Below, piece after piece: positions 23,864-37,595 of a stretch of DNA of 52,091 nt. The notes below the pieces were generated by a model. That model ran no database searches and was not told where the DNA came from. It saw nothing but the letters and a program-made list of their open reading frames with translations. This stretch comes from Octopus sinensis. Taxonomy: Eukaryota. Position 1 is the first letter of the stretch. Each line of letters begins with the position of its first letter. The translations under genes were made by a program, and so were the position numbers. The stretch is from the NCBI RefSeq assembly GCF_006345805.1, contig NW_021834430.1, forward strand, positions 1 to 52,091. Direction: 5' to 3'.

Positions 23864-24512
23864 AGCGGCGAGCTGGCAGAAACGTTTGCACGCCGGGCGA
23901 AATGCGTAGCCGTATATCGTCTGTCGTTACGTTCTGAGTTCAAATTCTGCCGAGGTCGACTTTGCCTCTCATCCTTTCGGGGTCGATTAAATAAGTACCA
24001 GTTACGCACTGGGGTCGATAAAATCGACTAAATCAGTTTGTCTGTCCTTATTTGTCCTCTCTGTGTTTAGCCCCTTGTGGGTAGTAAAGAAATAGGTATT
24101 TCGTCTGCCGTTACGTTCTGAGTTCAAATTCTGTCGAGGTCAACTTTGCCTTCCATCCTTTCGGGGTCGATTAAATAAGTACAAGTTGCGCACTGGGGTC
24201 GATGTAATAGACTTAATCCCTTTATCTATCCTTGTTTGTCCCCTCTATGTTGATCCACCCCTACTGTGTGCAATAAATAAATAAATATATGGATATCACG
24301 AAGGCGACGAGCTGGCCGAATCGTTAGCACATCGGACGAAATGCTTAGCGGTATTTCGTCTGTCTTTACGTTCTGAGCTCAAATTCCGCCGAGGTCGACT
24401 TTGCCTTTCATCCTTTCGGGGTCGGTGAATTAAGTACCAGTTGCGTACTGGAATCGATGTAATCGACTGGTCCCGCTTCCCCCAAAAGTTTCGGGACTTG
24501 TGCCTAGAGTAG
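23864..24512 (+). mobile_element. SINE family A dimer followed by a monomer
   Basis: Head at 23864, fixed-junction second unit at about 24090, new head at about 24302. Confidence 0.85.
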
Positions 24513-25290
24513 AAAAAAATGTATGGACATCAGCGGTGGTGCCCCAGCATGGCCGCGGCCTTCGGGCTAAAACATTTTTAAGGATTTAAGGATCAGAGTG
24601 AAAACGGATGGAGGTACGGCATGGAAATGTTTCTATTGGTCAACAGAATTAGAAAACAACAAACAAAAAACATAATGATGACGACGATGTTGGTGATGGT
24701 AGTGTTGATGGTGGTGGCGATGGTGATGATGCGAAAAATAATAACGATAATATTATTAACAACAACAACAACAATAATAATAATAATAATAATTACAACG
24801 ATCATGTTGATGATGATGATGTTAATGTAATATAAATAAAGCGAAATCAATGAAGATCTACTTATATTCTCTAATCATTTAGTAAAAGTAGGCCACTAGG
24901 TGAGATGTGTGCAACAATGGAAATGCAAAATGGCAAACGAGAATTGTGTCTATATATATACATATATATATATATGTGTGTGTGTGCTCGCGCGTCTGCG
25001 TGTATTCGCATGAGTACATCTATGTATGTGTATGCATGCATGCGTACTTATATGTGTGTATTACTCACACAGATATTCATATACGTGAGTATGTGTGTGT
25101 GTGTGTACATGCGTATCTACGTGTATTGTTCATCACTGATAGGCAGACGATGATGCAAATCCGCACAAGATGGCGCTTAAATATATTTTCTATTCAAAAT
25201 GATGCCAGATTTTTGAAATGCAGGATATACACAGGCATACATGTATAAATACAAGCACATATACACACACACACGCGCGTGCGCGCGCAA

Positions 25291-25364
<74 letters not shown>

Positions 25365-25455
25365 GCGTATGTATATGAGAAAATACAAATATTGATTTCT
25401 CTCATTGGCAGAGGGCCACAATACATAAACATTTTATATATATATATATATATAT

Positions 25456-25502
<47 letters not shown>

Positions 25503-25849
25503 GTGTGTGTGTGTGAGTGTGTATGTATGTATGTATGCATGCATGTATGTGTATATGTATATATATATATATACATATTTATTTATTTACGTGTATGTGT
25601 GTATGTATGTATATATGTGGGAATATACGTATGCATATATGTATGTATGTAATTGATTCTGTTTAGTTCAATAGATGTGAATTCATTTTTTCCTTTTTAA
25701 TTATTCAAGTGGGATTTGAAGGAAGAGTAACAAAACTAAACACTACAAGTCACTTAATCTGGTATTCTTTATTACATCCAGCATCTACTACCTTTAATCT
25801 TTCATCAACACACACGCACACGCACACACACACACACACAGACACGTAT

Positions 25850-25975
25850 AGGCTTAGGCACAGCTGTGTGGTAACACTGCGTAGTACCTTGGGCAAATAT
25901 CTTCTAGTATAGCCTCGGGCCAACCAAAGCTTTTCCAGTGGATTTTGTAGGTGGAAACTGAAAGACGCCCATTGT

Positions 25976-26014
<39 letters not shown>

Positions 26015-26170
26015 ACGTGCGCGAAGGTGTCTTGGTGTGTTTATGTCCTCGTAACTCATCGGTTCGGCGAAAGAGACAGAATAAGTTCCAAGCCTAAAAA
26101 ATTTGTAACGAGTCGATTCATACGATTGATGTTCTTCACAGCGGTGTTCCAGCATGGTCGCTATCTAGCG
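25850..26170 (+). mobile_element. SINE family B, diverged
   Basis: Same bipartite layout with a (TG)n centre. Confidence 0.75.
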
Positions 26171-26181
26171 ATCCAAACAAT

Positions 26182-26272
<91 letters not shown>

Positions 26273-26574
26273 TATATGCACACACATACAAATGTCTAGC
26301 TGTGAGAGAAACATAAGCGTGTAAAGTCATTCCTTCAATGCATTCCTTCAATACATTTGCTGTGCAAGACAAACGATGTGTCTCACGAGCTTTTTACAGC
26401 TCCTCACAGTTTTGCCCGTTTTCGTTCCCCCCAATCAGTAGCACCAAATACCGAAATTTTGGGGGAGGGAGGCCACTTGCACAAGGTTTTGCACAGCGGG
26501 CCAAAAGCTGAAATTGCATAAAAGCGAACTTCTTAATGCACAACAGAGCATGGATAAGAAGGACTGAAATAAAT

Positions 26575-26862
26575 CTAAACGAGAGCACTAAGAGAGCGCA
26601 AACCTCTGCCAAGGCAACACCAACATTCTCTCAACAATTAGCCAGAGATGATTTTTAAAATGAGAATATCTGAAATAAACTCGACTGCTCTCACAAAGGA
26701 GAATACTAAAAATGAACCCGACTACTCTCAAAACTTAAGCAAAAAATAAAACGGAAAAATAATCCAGAATCCTTGTCCGGTACCGGATCGATCCCTAAAT
26801 TTAATCAGTTTGTGCCAATCATGAAGCCAAACATCCCTGAAAGTTTCACCCGAAGCCATCAA
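26575..26862 (+). mobile_element. Helentron-like element, second copy
   Basis: Co-linear with 11997-12300, with a deletion near the 3' end. Confidence 0.65.
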
Positions 26863-27229
26863 GTGAATGAAAACAATACCTCCGCAGGGTTAATAATATT
26901 TGACAGTCTAACTGCAAGTAAAATATAACGTGAATTCATTTCTACGGGTATTTTATATGCAGAAAGAAAGAGAATCTCCTAACGGACCGTTTCATAGTCC
27001 TTACACTGCTTCTAAGGGAAGACGTACTCACTTTCCTACTCCGACTAATAGCATAGAATATTCTGTACAACTATAAGGTAGCCGCAAATTACCGTTCGAC
27101 AAGTAGCCCCCCTGCCCCATCATCGAGTTTTTCCAGCACAACCAAAACTATAAAATAAATGTGTTTTGTTCTTTTAATATTGTTTTCTTAGTCAAGATTT
27201 GTAATAATAATTGCTATCGTTATTATCAT

Positions 27230-27760
27230 TGGCGAACTGGCAGAAACGTCAGCACACCGGGCAAAATGCTTAGCGGTATTTCGTCTGCCATTACGTTCTA
27301 AGTTCAAATTCCGGCAAGGTCGACTTTGCCTTTCATCCTTTCGGGGGTCGATTAAATAAGTACCAGTTACGCACTGATGTCGATCTAATCGACTTAAGCC
27401 GTTTGTCTGTCCTTGTTTGTCCTCTCTGTGTTTAGCCCCTTGTGGGTAGTAAAGAAATAGAAATAGGTATTTCGTCTGCCACTACATTATGCGCTCAAAT
27501 TCCAACAAGGTCGACTTTGCCTTTTATCCTTTCGGGGTCGATTCAAAAAGTACCTGTTACGCACTGGGGTCGATGTAATCGACTTAATTCGTCTGTCTCT
27601 CCTTGTTTGTCCCCTCTCGTGGGCAGTAAAAAAATAGAAATAGGTATTTCGTCTGCCGCTACGTTCTGAGTTTAAATTCCGCCGAGGTCGACTTTGCCAT
27701 TCATCCTTTCGGATGTACCAGTTACGCACTGGGGTCGATGTAATCGACTTAATCCGATGA
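27230..27760 (+). mobile_element. SINE family A trimer
   Basis: One head followed by two head-less units joined at AAATAGAAATAGGTATTTCGTCTG. Confidence 0.85.
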
Positions 27761-27761
27761 C

Positions 27762-27797
27762 TTATTATTATCATTATTATTATTATTATTATTACTA

Positions 27798-27828
<31 letters not shown>

Positions 27829-27854
27829 TATTATTATTACTATTATTATTATTA

Positions 27855-27893
<39 letters not shown>

Positions 27894-27989
27894 CATTATT
27901 ATTATATTATATTATTATATTATTACTATTATTATTATATTATTATCATTATCATTATCATTATTATCATTATCATTATTATTATTATA

Positions 27990-28022
<33 letters not shown>
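27762..28022. repeat. (ATT)n/(ATC)n array of about 260 bp
   Basis: Read directly from sequence. Confidence 0.95.
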
Positions 28023-28025
<3 letters not shown>

Positions 28026-28465
28026 AAACATGTGTTCTCTTATTAGACTTGCTTGCTTTACTAATGGGAATCAATTAAATACACGCAGCAGACACAAAAT
28101 AAGAAAAAAATAGCTTGGCACTAATATGTTTAATAATTTAGACAGCATATTGATTATCGATTATTGATACGTTTCATATGATTGAACGGTGAACAAATAT
28201 AAATAAACTACTTATTGAACCGAATAGTTTTTGCACTGGTTGGTATTTTTAATTATTTCTATGCCCCTCCCCCACACGCTCACCCTCTCTCTCTCTCTCT
28301 CCTTCTCTCTCTTCCTACATCTCTCTCTCTCTTCCTCTCTCTCTCTCTCGCTCTCACTCTAATTGGCTCTCTGTTTATTTTTATCTCATTGCCTTCTTAA
28401 CTCGATTCGTCCTATCTCCAGTTTACTTTCTCCCTATATTTCTTATCCCCCCCTCACTTTCTCTT

Positions 28466-28526
<61 letters not shown>

Positions 28527-28607
28527 GCATATCACTATCTTTTCATTTCAATTTCTTTTTCAATACTATTAACCTGTCTCTCTCTCTCCCTCTCTTTCTC
28601 ATATATG

Positions 28608-28655
<48 letters not shown>

Positions 28656-28728
28656 TATCTGTCCCTCCGTCCCTTCCTCCCTCCATCCAGCCACTTAGCC
28701 ATCTGTCTGTCTATTTGTCTATCCATCC

Positions 28729-28869
<141 letters not shown>

Positions 28870-29628
28870 TCTGTCTATCTATCTATCTTTATATCTATCT
28901 ATCATTTTGTCTCATCTCTCTCCTATCCTATCCTCTCTCTCGCCATCTTTCACTCTCTCTCTCTCTCTCTCTCCCAATCTCTGTATTTCTCTTTCCTTTT
29001 ACCATACATCTCTACCCACCCCCCGTACACACACGTACCATTTTTCTATCAGCTGCATTATCAACAAATTATTTATCAATTATTTATCAATCACTGTGTG
29101 TAGTAACAAGTTCGATCACCACCACCACCACCACCACCACCACAACACCACTACTACCAATACAACCACCACCACCACCACAGCCACCACAACCACCACA
29201 ACCACCTACACCCACCACTACTGCCACCACCACCACCAGAACCACAACCACCGCCACCACCACCTCTACAGTAACTTCTGCTTTTGTTGTGTTTGCTGTT
29301 TCTATTCTTGTTGCTGTTATTGTTGTTATTGCAGATTATGGTTGTTGTTGTTGCTGTTGTCATCCATGCTCCATATATTGTATCATGGAAAAGCACAGAC
29401 AAGCTGCCGGGCAAACTTCTGTCAACTCAAGCGTCTACAAAACGGTTTCGATTCCATACAATTCCATTCCAAATCGGTTTCACGTCGCTTTTATTGTGAC
29501 GTCACAGGGGAAGGCAAGAACTGGGGGGAGCAGCGGCAAGGCACGCTTGCTTTGCGATATTTTGTGAGCGAGGGCGGATGGCCTGGTGGTTAGGGTGTTA
29601 CGCTAACGATCGGTTTTGATTCCTGGAC

Positions 29629-29666
<38 letters not shown>

Positions 29667-29701
29667 CAGACAGACAGACAGAGACAGACAGACAGAGACA
29701 G

Positions 29702-29736
<35 letters not shown>

Positions 29737-29779
29737 GGGTGAGAGAGAGGGAAGGAAGATAGAGACACGGAGAGAGAGT

Positions 29780-29826
<47 letters not shown>

Positions 29827-31069
29827 GTGACGGTGTCTCAAAGAGAGAGAAGAAGCAGGCAGCGAAAGGGAACAAAGACGCAGAGAGAGAGAGAGAAAAG
29901 CATCGACCCAAGTACATGACTGGTACTTAATTTATCAACCACTATTGGATGAAAAGCAAGGATGACCTTTATGCGATTTGAACATAGGATGTTCAAATAT
30001 GAATTAGAACTCAGATCATAGATCTAGTAGAGAGCCAGAACGAATACCGTAACGCCGATTGCCAGTTTGACCAGACGTGATGATCATGGATGGAACATCT
30101 TCAATCACTAGCCTGCTCGGTCTCCAGGACTGGAAGTTAAAGAGTCATATCAGAAATAGAAAAGCCCCCCTCCCCCGGTTTGGATTCTGGTCTCTTAGAT
30201 TCTCCAGATAATCTCGTATCTGTTCTGACAGATACTAAGTGAAACTGTACCATTTTTGAAGAAAGAATGATTATCCCAGAAGAAAAGAAAATCTTGGAAA
30301 TATCCTACATGGATTTTGAATTCACGATCAATGAACTGAAAGTTGGATATTCAAACAACTCGGCTATTTCGCTTTGAGAAACGGCAATAACAGCGATGAC
30401 CTAGTGCGGAATCCGCTATCGGATCACGTTTAAAAAAAAATTAAAAACTTATCATGAAAATGTCCTGCATGGATTTTGAACTCATGACCGATAAGCAGCT
30501 TGTTGGATGCTATAACCACACGGCCATCTCTCCTTCTGAGATGATAATAATTGATGTTGATGATGAACCAATAAGGTGAACCTCTCTCTGATCGCCAGAC
30601 ATGCAAGAAATAGCAGCCAGATATCTTTCAAATTATACTTCATCGCTTTGGGAAAGCAAATGAAAGCAAACGAGGCTTTAGCATAATGTAGCCATAGCTA
30701 CACTTCTAAAATGACGGGATGGTCATGGTGGGAATACCTTTGATCATAGGTCTGTTTAATTAAGGTTGACCTCGGGTTAAACAATAACAAACAATCATGA
30801 CGAAAATCCCAAAAAGTTTTTAGGTTGTTTCAAGTATTTTAATCCTATTTAAAAATACATTTTCATAGGATAACATGCGGTGTGGCGGGCGGCGGCGGCG
30901 GCGGTGGTGGGTGGTGTTAGTGGCGGTGATTGTGATGTAGAAGAGGTGATGGTGGTGGTGGTGGTGGTTGTGGTGGGGCTGGGTGGCGCTGGGTGGTGTT
31001 GCGGAAAGTTGTTGATTTTGTTGTTGTTGTGTACAGTAGTCGTGGTGGCTGTAACGACAGTGGTCGTGG

Positions 31070-31089
31070 CAGTAGTAGTAGTAGTGGTG

Positions 31090-31134
<45 letters not shown>

Positions 31135-31141
31135 ATGGTTA

Positions 31142-31224
<83 letters not shown>

Positions 31225-31227
31225 ATG

Positions 31228-31311
<84 letters not shown>

Positions 31312-31314
31312 ATG

Positions 31315-31345
<31 letters not shown>
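31070..31345. repeat. Higher-order (GTG)/(GTA) minisatellite
   Basis: Three approximately 85-nt blocks of alternating GTG and GTA runs, each with one ATG interruption. Confidence 0.85.
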
Positions 31346-31346
<1 letters not shown>

Positions 31347-31423
31347 TGTTGTTGTTGTTACAGTTGTTTGGGAGTAGATAACAAAAGTGGTCGAAAGAAA
31401 TCAAATCAAGGAAATGATGATGA

Positions 31424-31457
<34 letters not shown>

Positions 31458-31905
31458 GATGATGATAGTTGTAATGATGATTATTGTAGTGGTGGTAATG
31501 GCGGTGATGATGATGATGATGATGATGACAACGACGAGGACAATGATGATGATGACATCATTCACGTAGAAACAGCGATAATGATGATGATGATGATGAT
31601 GGATGATGATGGTGGTGGTGGTGTTGGTGGTGGTTATTGTTTTCATTTACTTTTTCTGGTTTCGTTTACTTAGACCTTGAATTAGATACATTCCGAAAGA
31701 GAAAGAGGAGAGAGAGAGAGAGGGAGAGGGAGAGAGAGAGACTGAGAGAGGGAGAGATACTGAGAGAGAGAGTGAGCATGTGTGTGCTTGAGGTGGGGGG
31801 GTACGTGTGGCGACAGCAAAGGACAGAAGGAAGAGAGGAAAAAGTGCAAAGGAGAGAGGAAGACAAATAGAAAGAGGAAAAGAAGAGAAGAGAGAAAGAA
31901 GGAAC

Positions 31906-31943
<38 letters not shown>

Positions 31944-32126
31944 AATTGAGAGAGATTAAATCAATGTGTATTTTCCAAAGTTTCAACATACCTTTCAAAA
32001 GTCACCTGCCTGACATATTTAAAGAGAAAATATTTGCAGTTATTGTTGTTGTTGTTGTTGTTGTCATCAATTTTGTTCTTACTCTTGTTGTTCTTGTTGC
32101 ATGTGTGAGTACACACACACACGCAT

Positions 32127-32174
<48 letters not shown>

Positions 32175-32197
32175 CACATTTAGATAGATAGAGAGAG

Positions 32198-32284
<87 letters not shown>

Positions 32285-32429
32285 CACATGTGTCACCAAA
32301 ATGCACAGTGTTATCGATAATGGAATGAAATGTATGGAATTTTGGTCAATAACTAATTGGACGTTGAACATGTCACGGTCTTGTGTATGTGTGTGAGTAT
32401 TCTTCGTAGTCCTTGTGTGCAACTTATTA

Positions 32430-32477
<48 letters not shown>

Positions 32478-32697
32478 CCTTTTTGTTTTACAGGTTCCAA
32501 TCATTGGACTGCAGCGCAGCCATGTTTAGTCAACACCTTCAAAGTTTAACGCGATCATATTGCTCTCTAGTAAAGTTTCTATCTGGTACTTATTTTATCG
32601 ATTTCTATTTGTCATTCACTTTAATTTACGATATACACGCACACCCACCCACACACACACACAGAGATACACATAAGCACACACATTTATATATATA

Positions 32698-34182
32698 TCG
32701 ACCCCAGTGTGTAACTGGTACTTATTTAATCGACCCCGAAAGTATAAAAGGCAAAGTCAACCTTGGCGGAATTTGAACTCAGAACGTTCGGCAGACGAAA
32801 TACCTATTTCTTTACTACCTACAGGGGCTACACACAGAGTGGACAAACAAGGACAGACAAAGGGATTAAGTCGATTATATCGACCCCAGTGCGTAACTGG
32901 TACTGAAAGGATGAAAGGCAAAGTCGACCTTAGTGGAATTTGAACTCAGAACATAACGGCAGACGAAATACCTATTTCTTTACTACCCACAGGGGCTAAA
33001 CACAGAGAGGACAAACAAGGACAGACAAAGGGATTAAGTCGATTATATCGACCCCAGTGCGTAACTGGTACTGAAAGGATGAAAGGCAAAGTCGACCTTA
33101 GTGGAATTTGAACTCAGAACATAACGGCAGACGAAATACCTATTTCTTTACTACCCACAGGGGCTAAACACAGAGAGGACAAACAAGGACAGACAAAGGG
33201 ATTAGTCGATTATATCGACCCCAGTGCGTAACTGGTACTGAAAGGATGAAAGGCAAAGTCGACTTAGTGGAATTTGAACTCAGAACATAACGGCAGACGA
33301 AATACCTATTCTTTACTACCCACAGGGGCTAAACACAGAGAGGACAAACAGGACAGACAAACAGATTAGTCGATTACATCGACCCCAGTGCGTAACTGGT
33401 ACTTAATTTATCGACCCCGAAAGGATAAAAGGCAAAGTCGACCTCGGTGGAATTTGAACTCAGAACGTAACGGCAGACGAAATACCGCTGAGCATTTCAC
33501 CCGGCGTGCTAACGATTCTTATTTCTTTACTACCCACTAGAGGTTAAACACAGAGGAGACAAACAAGGACAGACAAAGAGATTAGGTCGACTACATCGAC
33601 CCCAATGCGTAACTGGTACTTAATAAAGGCGGCGAGCTGGCAGAAACGTTAGCACGCCGGGCGAAATGCTTAGCGATATTTCGTCTGCCGCTACGTTCTG
33701 AGTTCAAATTCCGCCGAGGTTGACTTTGCCTTTCATCCTTTCGGGGTCGATAAGTTAAGTACCAGTTACTCACTGGGGTTCGATCTAATCGACTTAATAC
33801 CTATGTCTGTCCTTGTTTGTCCCCTCTGTGTTTAGCCCCTTGTGGGTAATAAAAAATAGGTACTTAATTTATCGATCCCGAAAGAATGAAAGGCAAAGTC
33901 GACCTCGGCGGAATTTAAACTCAGAACGTATAGACAGACGAAATATCTATTTCTTTACTACCCACAAGAAGCTAAACACAGAGAGAACAAGCAAGGACAG
34001 ACAAACAGATTAAGTCGATTACATCGACCCCAGTGCGTAACAGGTACTTAATTTATTGACACCGAAAGTATGAAAGGCAAAGTTGACCACGGCGGAACTT
34101 GAACTCCGAACGTAAAGACAGACGAAATACGGCTACGCATTTCGTCCGGCGTGCTAACGATTCTACTAGCTCGCCGCCTTAT
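32698..34182. mobile_element. SINE family A concatemer cluster (minus array, plus copy, minus dimer)
   Basis: Unit starts at 32698, 32880, 33048, 33215 and 33379 (spacings 182, 168, 167, 164 nt); plus copy at about 33627-33860; minus dimer at about 33860-34182. Confidence 0.9.
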
Positions 34183-36367
34183 TTTCATAATTAAATATTG
34201 TTATGGATTGTATAAAACAAATGGACATAAACTTTAACAACAGAATTTTATATGGGCCCCTAAGGATGACACAGACAATGGTTGAGAACCGCAAATCTAA
34301 ATGATATCTTGTAACATGGGCGAGAAGAGCAGTCCTCCGTAGGTGTACTTGTGTGTGTGTGTGTCTGTGTATAGGTGTGTGTGTGTGTGTGTATGTGAAG
34401 CAGATCTTGCAAGGAAGTTGATAACCATGTTGTGGTTAGCCTCTGTTTCGTCACACTTTCTTGAGGTAAAAACAAAATATTGATTAAGTATTTCATTGAC
34501 TTATCGATTTTAAGTCGATACACAATTTAAAAACAAAAAGAAAATGTAAAAAAAAAATACACAGAACACAAAGAAAAACAAACAAATATTAATAAACCAA
34601 CGAGAAAAATGAACGAAAGAAAAAAATAAGAACGACGAAATGAAACAGAAAATAGAAGGAAATAGATAAGTGGATAAATAAATAAATAAATAAGTGAAGG
34701 AAAGAAGGAAGGAAGGAGTAAGAAAGAATAAAATTAAAAATACCAATTAAAAAATAGCCAAGAAGCTTCCCCGCCTTACTCCAAACAAGAAGTAACTAGA
34801 ACGAAAGCCAAAGATAACCATAGCGATCAGCCAGCCACAATTCGTTTCTCTGTTTTTCTCTTTCTTTTGTTTTTGTGTTTGTTTGTTTGTTTCTTTTTAA
34901 AGCTATGTCATTGAATGATTGAACGAACAACTTTCATCTAATTATGTCTTTTTAGTAATTAGGTTAAGATAATTTGCAATAATTGTTTTCTGCGCTTTTT
35001 AAAAGATCAGTAAGTGGATCAAATAATAAACTAAAATGTACGAAAGAAAAAAAAGAAAAGAGAACAAAAAAAAAGAAATATCTATTTTAGAAAGTCACTA
35101 TAATGGAGTAAAAACAAGCAGCGAAACAATAACAAAACAAAAATTGCAACGGTCTACACATTTTAACTTATGTTGCAATATTTCGGCGTTAAAATGCCTT
35201 TGACAAAAATAACTAAATGAAAAGAGCTTATCGCCGATCTCCTGCGCAGATATGCAAGGGATAACGATCGATTTTGCGACCTGCGGAACTATTTTAGGAA
35301 GCCGCAATAATGTAGTGATGACATACAGCAAAACAATGACAAAATATGCAACGGTTTACACTTTTTAACTAATACTCCAATATTTCGGCATTGACACACC
35401 TTTATAAATAAATAAATAAATAAATAAGAGCAAGAATGAGATTAGCACTGTTCTGCTGTATAGATATGTAAAGGATAAAGATGGTTTAGCGACCTGCGCA
35501 GATTTGCAATGTTATATGAAGCAATCAGTGCCACACAATTACGTCTGTTGTTAATGAATGGAATTAATTTATCAATGAGGACAACCTCCTGAATTTTCAA
35601 ATTTCCACTTTTCCATTCTGTGGCTTTAATAGTGACTGAAATATATTCGTCATGTCATCATTTCACGTAGGATCTTTTTCACCATAAGTATTTGTATTGT
35701 GTTCATGCGTTCTTTAATGCGCATGAGCAGTTCGTAAACCGTGTTCTCAACGTAAGATCCATCACGTTTATTACATGCCATATACTGCATAAGCCCGTAA
35801 ACACTATTTATACGGCAATTGGCAAGTGTACATACATTGTTACCAATTGTGTGCAAGTCTTTTCGATAGAAAATTTAGTAAGGAATGCCAAGAGTGTGTT
35901 GTCTGTATACACAACCTTTTCTGCAGACCGTCTATTGTCTTTTTTCTTGCAGATGGCGTCTCTGAGGAATTAACTCATAAAATATTGGCTCCTTTTCAGC
36001 TAGACATAGATCTTTTACAAACTAAAGATTACGCTAAATATGATGCAGTGGTGTTAATGCCTTTCCTTATAACATTGGTGCCACTGTGAAGTGTTAATGC
36101 TGTTCAATCAGGCACTAAATCCGCAAACCCGTTTCGGGTTGCCATGAATTTTAACTCTTCCTTCTAAAACCATCAGGACCGAAATAACCAGGCGCTGTTT
36201 TGTAGTCATTCTCAGAATGTTAGGAATAGCAGCTAAATCTCCTTGAAACCACGCTTTACCGTTTTATAAAAGTAGGGTCAAACTTGACAATGTAGTCCGA
36301 GATGCACTATGTAAAAAAAATCCACTGGATGGCCATGTTTGTAATAGACTTTGTCATAGATCTAACT

Positions 36368-36493
36368 CAACGTTTCTTAACCGCGGCTCCCAAAGACGCA
36401 TGCGGTCCTCGATGGTCTCATCTTCTATGTGGCCCCCTGCAAAAATCCTGATTTGAGATCTGGCCCGGATATTAAAAAGGCCGAGAACCACTG
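36368..36493. mobile_element. hAT-type MITE
   Basis: Perfect 8-bp TSD ATCTAACT; right terminus GAGAACCACTG. Confidence 0.8.
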
Positions 36494-36654
36494 ATCTAAC
36501 TGATCGTCGGGGTGGGGAGACGGGAAGAATCCCTGTAATAACAACAACAATATATTTAGAGTCTCACTCGTAGTAGTCACACCCGACCTGCTAGAAATAG
36601 CACCCAAACCTTTTTCAGATCACACTCCCTATAGAACCGCATTGGTTTATGTAG

Positions 36655-36900
36655 TCGGTGCGTGGCTTAATGGTTTGGCGGTATCACTTACGATCGTAAG
36701 ATTAGGTTTCGACTGCCGACCAGGTGAGGCGATGCGTCTCGTCCTTGAGCAAGACACTTCATTTCCCACTGCTCCATTTCACTCAGCTGTAAATGAGTAA
36801 TTCTGAGACTGAGTAGCGTCCCATTCAAGAAGAATGCTGTGATCCCGAGTACTTATACGCCATGGAAACGGAACAACCGGCCTTGTTTCCATGGCAATCA
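36655..36900 (+). mobile_element. SINE family D, diverged
   Basis: tRNA-like head and CCTTGAGCAAGACACTTCATTTC..CACTCAGCTGTAAATGAG CORE-like block. Confidence 0.65.
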
Positions 36901-37354
36901 TAAAACCGTCCTATCCGTAGCACTTAAGACAGTAATGCCCAGGGATTATTGTTGCTGTTGTTGTTGTTGATGATGATGAGATGATGATGATGATGTCGAC
37001 GACGACGACGATGAAGATGATGATCCGCCACTAAAACAACAACAACAACTTGTATTGACGTTATGCCAAGTCTAAAGCAATCAACATCTTTATTAATTAA
37101 TCACGTGACCAACCAATGATTTATTCAACTAGATTAATGATTTCTTATATTCGTGGCACGAGGCCATATAATTGTCTGTGGTAGTGGTCATGGCGAAGGG
37201 AAACGTATACTTGATTGTAGTGGCCCCAATAGGTGTCTGGTGATTATCATTATTATTGTTATTATTATCATTATTATTATTATTATTATTATTATTTCAT
37301 TTTCATCTACCCTCGGAGGGGTAGGAACTTTGAACTAAAAACATCGATGCTGAT

Positions 37355-37560
37355 TATCGTAAGACAGTTTAGCGACAGTTAGTTTAATAAAGAACAAGAG
37401 AAGCATCCGCTGCTTTTTGGGAGGTCGCCTTCATTGGTTCTAAGAAGGTCTTCGGTGGCGTCGAGGTAAATGTAGTGCGGAAGTCTCTGGAGATGCGAGG
37501 AATGGAGGCCAATTACATCAAACTTCTCTGAGAGACGAAATCAGGATGTACTACCATTGT
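37355..37560 (+). pseudogene. RTE-clade reverse transcriptase fragment
   Basis: From 37427 reads AFIGSKKVFGGVEVNVVRKSLEMRGMEANYIKLL*ETKSGCTTIV, a decayed AF.D..KAFDSV....GV...YI.LL..Y.GCTT RT segment. Confidence 0.65.
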
Positions 37561-37595
37561 AGTTCTGCTGTTACTATCCATTATCATTATTGTTA

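Noticed and set aside
30820-31673. Gly/Ser-, Val- and His/Tyr-rich ORFs resembling structural proteins
   Set aside because: All frames are open only because of the GTG/GTA/GAT trinucleotide arrays.
32880-33378. Regular 164-168 nt repeats that could look like a CRISPR array
   Set aside because: Units are whole SINE bodies with no unique spacers, the context is eukaryotic, and there are no cas genes.
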